From positions 1-47,131 of the forward strand of contig CAWHMU010000025.1 in assembly GCA_963830365.1 (NCBI GenBank): a stretch of 47,131 nucleotides of DNA. Direction: 5' to 3'. The position numbers were made by a program, and so were the translations under genes. This stretch comes from an uncultured Chlamydiae bacterium (GTDB taxonomy: Bacteria > Chlamydiota > Chlamydiia > Chlamydiales > Parachlamydiaceae). A model generated the notes under the pieces. The model was not told the DNA's origin, did not search any database, and worked only from the letters and a program-made list of their open reading frames with translations. Below are positions 40,107 through 47,131 of this stretch, piece by piece. Every line of letters begins with the position of its first letter. The stretch's first letter is position 1.

Positions 40107-41510
40107 ATGATTATTGCGCATTTTTCTCTCCTGAAAACCATCGATGATTTTCTCTGGGGATATGCCGCGCTGCCAGCCCTCTTGCTGATGGGCGCCTATC
40201 TGACGTATAAATCCGGCTTCGTGCAGGTGCGCCGTTTTCCCAATATCCTACGCGCTTTTTTCAAGACACTGACAAGAAAGCACTCCGGTTCGGGAGTGCA
40301 CCCTCTCAAAGCTTTCTTCGTGTGCATCGGCGGCTGCATGGGCGTCGGCAATGTGGTAGCCGTCTGCACCGCCACCCAGATCGGAGGTCCCGGCGCCCTA
40401 TTCTGGATCTGGATTACAGCCATCTTGGGCATGATCCTAAAATATTCCGAAGTTTACCTCGGCATGCTCTATCGCATACCTGACGGCAAAGGCGGCTACC
40501 GCGGCGGGCCCATGTATTTCCTGCAGAAAGCTTATACGAAATCATGGGTCCCAAAAGTCGCCAGCTTCTTGCTATGCATCTATGGGGTCGAAATCTATCA
40601 ATTCTGCGTCGTCACCGAAAATATCGCCACTAACTTTGAAATCAATAAATATCTCATTGCCCTTGTGCTGATGACCCTGATCATCGCCACCAGCCGCAAA
40701 GGCGTGCACCACATCGGCCGCATCGCCTCAGTGCTTATCCCTGTTTTCATTGTCTGCTATCTCGGCATGGGCGCCTGGGTGCTCTTTCAAAATATACACA
40801 CCCTACCGGCCATTCTTCAGACCGTCATGCAGTCGGCTTTCACCGGCCATGCCGCCGTCGGGGCATTTGCCGGCAGCACCATCCTGCTAACGGCTTCACA
40901 AGGCATCCGCCGCAGCTGCTATGCCAGCGATATTGCCGTGGGCTACGCCTCGGTGATCCATAGCGAGACCGGCGAAGTGATGCCTGAAAAGCAGGCCTCG
41001 CTGGCTATCATGGAAATTTTCCTGGACAGCTTCGTCATCTGCACCACCAGCGTGATGATGGTGCTGACGACAGGCGTGTGGAACGAACCGATTGAAGCCT
41101 CCATGCTCGTGCAACAAGCCCTGGCAAATTATTTCCCGGCCATGCACATCTTTATGCCCCTATTCCTGCTCTTGCTGGGCTTCACCACCATCATCTCATA
41201 CTTTTGCGCCGGCATCAAATGCGCCGAATTCATCTCACCAAAAATTGGCCGCAAAATCTATTACGTCTATGGCAGCGCCATTTCGCTGCTTTTTGTCTGC
41301 CTGCAGACGACCCAAGCCCTGACGATGATGTCGATCACGGCGGCTTTACTGCTGATGCTTAACTTGTATGGCATGTACAAATTGCGGCACGAAATTGTCT
41401 TCAACCTGCCGCATCACTCTAAGCATGTGCCGTTTGAGAACAACCCGTCGTTGGCAGAAAACTCCCTGATCGAGCCAGCCATCTCGGCCGGCTGTTCAGA
41501 AGCCGGCTAA
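40107..41510 (+). CDS. Alanine/glycine:cation symporter (AgcS/DagA family)
   Basis: GVGNV, IGGPGALFWIW, KYSEV.LG..YR, YRGGPMY, F.DS.VICT. Confidence 0.92.
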   Translation: MIIAHFSLLKTIDDFLWGYAALPALLLMGAYLTYKSGFVQVRRFPNILRAFFKTLTRKHSGSGVHPLKAFFVCIGGCMGVGNVVAVCTATQIGGPGALFWIWITAILGMILKYSEVYLGMLYRIPDGKGGYRGGPMYFLQKAYTKSWVPKVASFLLCIYGVEIYQFCVVTENIATNFEINKYLIALVLMTLIIATSRKGVHHIGRIASVLIPVFIVCYLGMGAWVLFQNIHTLPAILQTVMQSAFTGHAAVGAFAGSTILLTASQGIRRSCYASDIAVGYASVIHSETGEVMPEKQASLAIMEIFLDSFVICTTSVMMVLTTGVWNEPIEASMLVQQALANYFPAMHIFMPLFLLLLGFTTIISYFCAGIKCAEFISPKIGRKIYYVYGSAISLLFVCLQTTQALTMMSITAALLLMLNLYGMYKLRHEIVFNLPHHSKHVPFENNPSLAENSLIEPAISAGCSEAG

Positions 41511-41544
41511 ATCCCGCTTTTTTACAATATAGGCTAGGTACTGC

Positions 41545-41573
41545 TTGAATAAATAGCCGCCATCGGCTATAAA
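41545..41573 (+). promoter_or_regulatory. Putative promoter of the tRNA-Ser pair
   Basis: TTGAAT-17 nt-TATAAA about 40 nt upstream of the tRNA. Confidence 0.5.
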
Positions 41574-41612
41574 TGATGTTTCTTTCATGAACTCATTAGT
41601 TCATGGCTTTAA

Positions 41613-41697
41613 GGAAGAGTGGCAGAGTGGCCGATTGCGTCTGTCTTGAAAACAGAAGACCTGAAAGGGTCCGTGGGTTCGAATCCTACCTCTTCCG
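41613..41697 (+). tRNA. tRNA-Ser(UGA)
   Basis: Acceptor ggaagag/ctcttcc, anticodon arm tctgt-ctTGAaa-acaga, long variable arm, GGTTCGAATCC; CCA not encoded. Confidence 0.96.
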
Positions 41698-41792
41698 TCC
41701 TTTTTTTGTCCCATCCCCAGCCATCCCCTAACGTCCATGACAACATGCACGACACTGAGGGGGCTTTTTGAGGGATGACTTTTTTACTCTCT

Positions 41793-41877
41793 GGAAGAGT
41801 GGCAGAGTGGCCGATTGCGTCTGTCTCGAAAACAGATTCACCGCAAGGTGACGTAGGTTCGAATCCTACCTCTTCCG
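41793..41877 (+). tRNA. tRNA-Ser(CGA)
   Basis: Same scaffold with anticodon loop ctCGAaa and variable arm tcacc-gcaa-ggtga. Confidence 0.96.
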
Positions 41878-42072
41878 TTTTAAGAGGCGCCGTTTAGGGG
41901 GCTCCGCCCCCTAAAAACCCCCGCCAAAGGGTCGAAGACCCTCTGGACTCCCCTCCTCCTAAGCTTCGCCTAACTCCAGCACCTTTGCCAACTCCACAGC
42001 TTGGCCAACAATCAAAGAAATCCCAAAATGCCAAGCCTGCCCCCATTTCCATCATTTTCTTTCAAGTTATTT

Positions 42073-42107
42073 TACACAAAACCTATCAAAATGATAAGAT
42101 TTGTGTA
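42073..42107. promoter_or_regulatory. Palindromic operator immediately before abiEi
   Basis: tacacaaaacctatca-aaa-tgataagatttgtgta (14/16 match), ending on the A of the ATG. Confidence 0.6.
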
Positions 42108-42553
42108 TGAGCAACAAAGATCGCTTATTTCAAATTGCCGATAGGCAATAGGTTTTTTTTACAAGCAGACAAGCCAGGGAAACTGGTTTTCCTGATTCGA
42201 ATTTCCATCGCCCTCTTTCAAGGCAATTTCTATCGAACAACAATTTGCAGAAAAACTTCATGCCTACACTCTACCTCGTGGCGATCAACGAATAAACACC
42301 CGCGTAAAAGACCTAGTGGATATGGTGCTTCTTGCAAGAATGCGCTCCTTTGATTTAGTCAAATTAAAGGAGGCGATGCGCTTGGTCTTCAAAGTTCGAA
42401 ACACTCACCTCCTGCCTCTCCAACTTGATCCTCCGCCAAAAGCAATGGGCGCTACCGTTTGACGAGTTAGCCAAGGAATGCTCCTTGTCAGTAAGTTTAG
42501 ATGATGCGTTTAATGAGTTGCAAAACATCCAAAATAGATACATGTCGCATTAA
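42107..42553 (+). pseudogene. Collapsed type IV toxin-antitoxin locus: AbiEi N-terminus joined to AbiEii C-terminus
   Basis: MSNKDRLFQIADRQ*VFFTSRQA..GF..SNFHR, then in another frame ISIEQQFAEKLHAYTLPR...NTRVKDLVDMVLL...THLLP..L.PPP / W..PFDELAKEC. Confidence 0.75.
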
Positions 42554-42577
42554 TTTATTCTTAAAGGTTTTAATTTT

Positions 42578-43458
42578 ATGCCAAAACTCGGTCGCTATGC
42601 ACCTATTTTAGATACCGTTTTTTTTCTTTACCCACTCGTGAAGATGCACAAGCTGGTATTGGATCGGGTGGTACGGGATTTTTAGTTGCTGTTCCTTCGG
42701 AAAAATGGCCTGGCCACATTCATATTCATGCTGTAACAAACTTGCATGTTGTGGAGTCAGCGCCCTGTATTCGACTAAATACGCATTCAGGTAAATCAGA
42801 AGTGATAGAATTCGAAACTCATGAATGGCTTTTTGAGCCTAATGGAAATGATATTGCTGTCTCACCCCCGCTCAAAATAAAAAAGCAGATTAACAAACAA
42901 TCTTTCTTAGACATAAACTCATTTTTTTTGACTCCTGAGCAAGAATTACGAGATGAAATTGGCCCTGCTGATGATGTCTTTATGATAGGATGCTTTATTG
43001 ATTATGATGGCATTGAAACTAATGTTCCTGCGTGCCGCTTTGGCCATATCAGTATAATGGATGCTAAAATCGTACAAGATCAAACCGGATTTTTAGGTCG
43101 TTCAATACTACTTGATATGAATAGCCGAACAGGTTTTTCAGGCAGTCCTGTTTTCATATTTAGAACTCTAGGCTCACATTTTCTAGATGAACCCCAACCC
43201 TGGTAATTTCTAACTGGAGGAGGAAGTTATATGAAATTATTGGGAATACATTGGGGACAATTTCCCGAAGTTTGGGAACTCGAAAATCCTTATGCCTCTA
43301 AATCAATTATTCATGATGCTTCTCTTGTGACAGATGGCGCGTATGTAAAAGGGTTTAGTGGGATGACATGCGTAATTCCTGCAGTTTGTATCGTTAAACT
43401 TCTTAAATCTGCAATGGTAGAAGGGCAAAGAACGGATACAAATTATCATCTACCATGA
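42578..43458 (+). pseudogene. Trypsin-like serine protease, disrupted
   Basis: GGTGFLV, VTNLHVV (His), DIAV (Asp), GFSGSPVF (Ser), LLGIHWG. Frameshift near 42633 and in-frame stop at 43204-43206. Confidence 0.75.
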
Positions 43459-43632
43459 GATTTTAACGATCCAGACAATCGTGAAAAAGTGGGTTCATCG
43501 CACAAATGAGTACCTGCCCATGATGATTCGTCAAAAAGCCTTAGTAATTGATTGTTGAAATATGAGAAGTAATGATCTATTTGTAATGTTCTTTTTGAAA
43601 CAAATCGACATTCTAGCACAGAAGGTCTAATT

Positions 43633-44179
43633 AGCCTCGATAGAGGCGGCAGCATGTAGCCATAGGTGTCAACCTATGGAATAAAATGTAGTATAAAGAG
43701 AGCCGTGAATACGGCGACAGCAATTTCGATGGAAGCTGAATTAGATGCAATTATTATAGTATATACTATCCTTTAGTCAGGCTCATCGCGCAAATGAGTA
43801 CCTGACCGAGGAGAACGGAGAAAAGGACCTAGTTTAGACTAGTTGAAAAAGAGAAGCAGACAATTTATTAAGGCTCATCACGCAAATGATTACCCATGAG
43901 GTTTTCCCGACCTTCTCTGTGACTCTGTGCCTCTGTGGTGAAATCTGCTTGCTGGATGTATAGTATTATCAATCGGAGTGTTACGGAAAGCTTCACCACC
44001 GAGACACAGAGGCACAGAGAAGAAAAATGGAGATTGCTCTTAGGGTTTTGTTAATTAGGTACTCATTTGCGTGATGAACCTTTAGTCATTGCTGCCGCCG
44101 TATTCACGGCTTTGTTTCTAAACATGCGATGACCACACGCTGACGCATGTGGCTACATGCTGCCGCCTCTATCGAGGCT
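43633..44179. repeat. REPIN-like inverted doublet interrupted by MITE-A
   Basis: agcctcgatagaggcggcagcatgtagcca...agccgtgaatacggcgacagcaat is mirrored at 44088-44179; related units at ~2885-2995 and 3559-3587. Confidence 0.75.
43780..44080. mobile_element. 301-bp MITE-A, copy 2 (inverted relative to copy 1)
   Basis: Reverse complement of 12382-12682 with a few substitutions; perfect 8-bp TSD TTTAGTCA (43772-43779 / 44081-44088). Confidence 0.92.
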
Positions 44180-44360
44180 GTAAAAATGTTCTCATGGCTT
44201 GTGCCCTATCTCTTGTATGGCAGTGCCAACTCAAATCCTTCCTTCACAGGGTCGAACGCGCAATTTGCCATTATGTATGATTTATTTAACATCCTCCATT
44301 AGTTTACATATGGGGAGGTACGCGATTGTGCGATGAACCAAAAAGTGTCGTGTAATCTTT

Positions 44361-44382
44361 CAAATTAGGCACAAATTCGGCA
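44361..44382 (+). promoter_or_regulatory. Putative integrase arm-type sites
   Basis: Tandem 11-mer CAAATTAGGCA CAAATTCGGCA about 115 nt inside the right att. Confidence 0.45.
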
Positions 44383-44687
44383 CACAAACGAACAACTTTG
44401 GGCATTATTGGGCAGTGTAGAGACTAAGCATTGCCATTCTATTTTTGCTGTGAAATTGGTTGGATAATGTTGGGTGTAATTGGAAAGCATCGGATTCGAA
44501 AACAGATTCACTGCAAGGTGACGTAGGTTCGGATCCTACCTCTTCCGTTTTAGGGGGCGCTGCCCCCTAAAAACCCCCGCCAAAGGGTCGAAGACCCTCT
44601 GGCACCCATTTACGTAAGCTCCGCCTATTTCCAGCAGGGCCTGACCTTTTTCTGCCCTTTGCAAGGAGAAGCTCTGTCACTCCCAAA

Positions 44688-45266
44688 TTAAATTCTGCTG
44701 GCGCCCGCCTCAACGAGGGCGTTTACTATTTCAACATTTTCGAATTCTTGTGCCAGACAATAAGGGGTTTTGCCAAATTTATCAGGCGTGTTTACTTGCA
44801 GGTATGGTGCCTCAAGGAGAACCATGACTACCTCAAGGCTGCCATACATCACGGCAAGGTGAAGTATGGTTGTATTCTGGCCCACGTGCCAGCCATTGAT
44901 ATCGAATGCTCTACAGCCTGCCGTCTTTAACAGACCTACCAATTCCGAAATCATTTTTGGATCCCGGCTAACAATGGCCTCCTGAAATGCTTTTATATAC
45001 TCTCTTTTCGAAGCTGCCCTTTGTCCAGCAAGATCCTTCTTTGTGGGATTTCTAAGGCCTTCAAAACTCCCTGAAGAAAACTGCCTCCCCATAGCCTTGG
45101 ACACTGTCATACGACATGGATTTAGTTGTGACCTGGATGTTGACTGTATGGCTTTAAGAGCTTCGAAAATAGGTCCGGGTCGGCATGTTTGCCTGACATG
45201 ACCTACGGAATGTACCAGTGGGGAAACCAAAATGCGCGATATTAAGTTCATGAGCATTCCATCCAT
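44688..45266 (-). CDS. Ankyrin-repeat protein (candidate effector)
   Basis: TTILHLAVMYGSLEVVMVLL and DKFGKTPYCLA...NVEIVNALVEAGA. Start uncertain (45251-45275). Confidence 0.8.
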   Translation of the reverse strand: MDGMLMNLISRILVSPLVHSVGHVRQTCRPGPIFEALKAIQSTSRSQLNPCRMTVSKAMGRQFSSGSFEGLRNPTKKDLAGQRAASKREYIKAFQEAIVSRDPKMISELVGLLKTAGCRAFDINGWHVGQNTTILHLAVMYGSLEVVMVLLEAPYLQVNTPDKFGKTPYCLAQEFENVEIVNALVEAGASRI

Positions 45267-45515
45267 TAATTTCAAATCGTCTTAAGTTAATCAAGGCTTA
45301 ATTTAAAGACAATTGGGTAATTTTGATGCAGAAGAACATCACCGGCCAAATGCCTTGGATTTTTGACAGCTCATCGACACTATTCGAGGGATTTATACAA
45401 TCTCCAGAACGGCTGAATGTGATCAGGCTAGGTCTGACCCCATTCTGAATTTTATGTCCTGTCGCTTGCGAAAATTGGCTATTATTCTGTACAAGAAGCA
45501 AAAATGGGAGATTTT

Positions 45516-45779
45516 ATGACCGAATCAATTGTTATTGGTGGGTGTGTTAAAATTCCAGACGGTCGCATCGCACGTGTTAGAGAAAAAATTAAGAATCAGT
45601 ATAAGGTACGAGTTCGGCGCCAAACAAGCCCATCGCATCAGTTTTTATTTTTTGAGGCCAATGAGCTAATCCCTATTGCATGTCCAAAAGGCTGGATGAG
45701 TGTGGAAGGATATAAACGTTACCTTAAAGTAACTCTTGCAAAAATGAAGATTAGAGAGGAAAGTAAAAAAAATAAATAG
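45516..45779 (+). CDS. Small basic hypothetical protein
   Basis: RBS ggag before ATG 45516; VKIPDGRIARVR suggests an SH3/KOW-like beta fold. Confidence 0.6.
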   Translation: MTESIVIGGCVKIPDGRIARVREKIKNQYKVRVRRQTSPSHQFLFFEANELIPIACPKGWMSVEGYKRYLKVTLAKMKIREESKKNK

Positions 45780-45859
45780 GTCAGGTTTGGTATTCGGGTT
45801 TTCTCATATGAAATAAAATTCACTCTTTAAAGAAGAAAACCCATCTACCAAGCCTGACC
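45779..45859. repeat. Inverted repeat / possible terminator
   Basis: ggtcaggtttggta..gggttttct ... agaaaaccc..taccaagcctgacc. Confidence 0.6.
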
Positions 45860-45957
45860 CCATTTTCTACCGATTGCAGGCCGGAGCTGTGTGCTGTGAT
45901 GACAAAGTTATGCAGTTATGCACGAACCGTCCCCAATGTTTTTTAACGAGAGATCAC

Positions 45958-46593
45958 ATGAAACTTAAAACACATAGCGGGATTGCATTCTTGACGGGCC
46001 TGCTGCTCGGAATAAAGGCATATGCAGAAACAACGACAGTAAATAGCTATCACTTCGATATTTACAAACAAATTTATCCTTTGTCGACATTTTTCTCGAT
46101 CCAGGCGGACGATACCTATCACGGCCTAGTAAAAAGCAGCCGTCTCTGCGCGCGCACCAATTATGAACTCTCCGATAAAAACGGATGGCAAGCCACCGGC
46201 ATCAAACGCCTATTATCCCTGGGGTGCATCTATCCATGGGCCACAGAATTGGATATCTACAACACGCAATGGCAAGCCATTGGCATGATCGATGGCCAAG
46301 TGGTCACAACAGCTGCGGCGCGCTTCAGTATCTACGACGAATTTGGCACACTCGTCGGTATCGCCTATCTTGATCAATCCCTCAACCATTACAATATTGT
46401 TTACCCTGACCGGGAGATGTTTCCCATCGTTGAATTGACCCGTCAGTTTGAAGACCTTGGACAGGACTCCTGGTCAGTAATAGTGCACGATCCCGATCAG
46501 ATCGACGAACGCATCCTGCGCATTTTCGCTGCCATGGCCTGCGACCTGCAAGAAGCTATCGACAATTATTATGCAAAGTCCATAGTGAAGTAA
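45958..46593 (+). CDS. Exported hypothetical protein, possibly LURP-one/scramblase (Tubby C)-like fold
   Basis: Signal peptide (…AYA); repeated 'I/L-Y-D/N-x-x-G/W-x-x-I/V-G' beta hairpins; C-terminal IDERIL helix. Confidence 0.55.
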   Translation: MKLKTHSGIAFLTGLLLGIKAYAETTTVNSYHFDIYKQIYPLSTFFSIQADDTYHGLVKSSRLCARTNYELSDKNGWQATGIKRLLSLGCIYPWATELDIYNTQWQAIGMIDGQVVTTAAARFSIYDEFGTLVGIAYLDQSLNHYNIVYPDREMFPIVELTRQFEDLGQDSWSVIVHDPDQIDERILRIFAAMACDLQEAIDNYYAKSIVK

Positions 46594-46694
46594 CGACCTC
46601 TAGCATCGGAGTCAGAAGGCCTGGCCGGACTGTTTCAAACAGGCTGACTAAACTTGGCTCGGGCTATATTCTACAGGCTCCTGCCTGAACAAGG

Positions 46695-46715
46695 GAGGGA
46701 GTCTTCGACTCCCTC
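46695..46715. terminator. Hairpin between convergent genes
   Basis: gagggagtc-ttc-gactccctc. Confidence 0.6.
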
Positions 46716-46720
46716 ACAAG

Positions 46721-47131
46721 TTAGAACTTAAACTCTAAGCCCACATTTAGGCCTTGCGCCCATAGCCCCTCGGACTTGGTCGATGGCTTTGGACTTGGCT
46801 CTCCCCACCAGCACAGGTGTTTGTGTGAAAGCGATGTTGGCGGATTGGCTGGGATTGATATGGCGGTCGATTTGCTTGCCTGCCCAAAGGACATTGCTGA
46901 CATAGAGGACTGAATAGCCCAGTCTGACGCGCAAGCACTCTGTAATTTGATACCCGATGTTGACATCGAGTTCAGGAAGCACAGCAAAGCGCGTTTTCTT
47001 ATGATGCCCGATATTTGTAGGGAGGGCAAAGAAACCGCCCACAAAAGTCTCGGGTTGTCCCGTGAACTCATTGGTCGTAAAGACGCCGTCGATGGTAGTT
47101 TCCTGGCACATGGCTCCAAGCGCCACTTTAC
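46721..47131 (-). CDS. C-terminal part of a BBP7-like outer-membrane beta-barrel protein (5' end outside window; frameshift near 46800)
   Basis: GGFFALPTNIG, FAVLPELDVNIGYQIT..LRVRLGYS.LY.SNV...G.QID..INP; the true end LWAQGLNVGLEFKF* is in the adjacent frame. Confidence 0.7.
   Translation of the reverse strand, partial: VKWRLEPCARKLPSTASLRPMSSRDNPRLLWAVSLPSLQISGIIRKRALLCFLNSMSTSGIKLQSACASDWAIQSSMSAMSFGQASKSTAISIPANPPTSLSHKHLCWWGEPSPKPSTKSEGLWAQGLNVGLEFKF

Larger units (their letters stand above)
43492..44339. mobile_element. MITE-B (same TIR family as MITE-A) hosting nested elements
   Basis: TIRs ggttcatcgcacaaatgagtacc / ggtacgcgattgtgcgatgaacc; perfect 8-bp TSD AAAAAGTG (43484-43491 / 44340-44347). 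Confidence 0.85.
41826..44552. mobile_element. Defective integrative islet at tRNA-Ser(CGA)
   Basis: The tRNA 3' half from the anticodon loop (41826-41877) is directly repeated at 44496-44547 with 2 mismatches. AT-rich cargo; no integrase seen. Confidence 0.85.

Noticed and set aside
43780..43895. Two direct copies of a 23-bp repeat about 68 nt apart, resembling a mini CRISPR array
   Set aside because: They are the outer and internal TIRs of MITE-A. A third copy is inverted, the 'spacer' is nearly identical in the other MITE copy, and no cas genes are present.
44496..44547. tRNA-like sequence
   Set aside because: Only the 3' half is present (no D arm or 5' acceptor strand) and the T loop is mutated. 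It is the att duplication.

Overview
From about nt 2210 onward, this window looks like the chromosome of an environmental Chlamydiae member (Parachlamydiaceae-like). The evidence is the chlamydial dacC-hypothetical-rsbW-lptE-bamD block, dnaE, a MurF-Alr fusion, an M32 carboxypeptidase, an AgcS symporter and two tRNA-Ser genes. The first ~2.2 kb is different: a GC-rich, proteobacterial-type DUF58 + TgpA fragment that breaks off just after the TgpA catalytic Cys motif, most likely a chimeric join. About 14 kb of accessory genes lie between dnaE and bamD. They include a stand-alone LigD phosphoesterase, DUF948/YtxH stress genes, a secreted collagen (~71 Gly-X-Y triplets, Cys-rich at both ends, BclA-like C-terminal domain), a Vat/CatB-type acetyltransferase, an OMF-EmrA-EmrB pump, and an esterase/phospholipase C/LplT-like lipid module. 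The intergenic DNA is packed with non-autonomous mobile repeats that the ORF track does not show: a 301-bp MITE in two near-identical copies with different 8-bp target duplications, nested elements, a ~165-bp palindrome before dnaE, and a decayed IS200/RAYT-like tnpA between ~130-bp inverted repeats. A defective islet at tRNA-Ser(CGA) carries a collapsed AbiEi/AbiEii toxin-antitoxin locus and a broken trypsin-like protease gene. All calls come from motif reading by eye; no searches were run.
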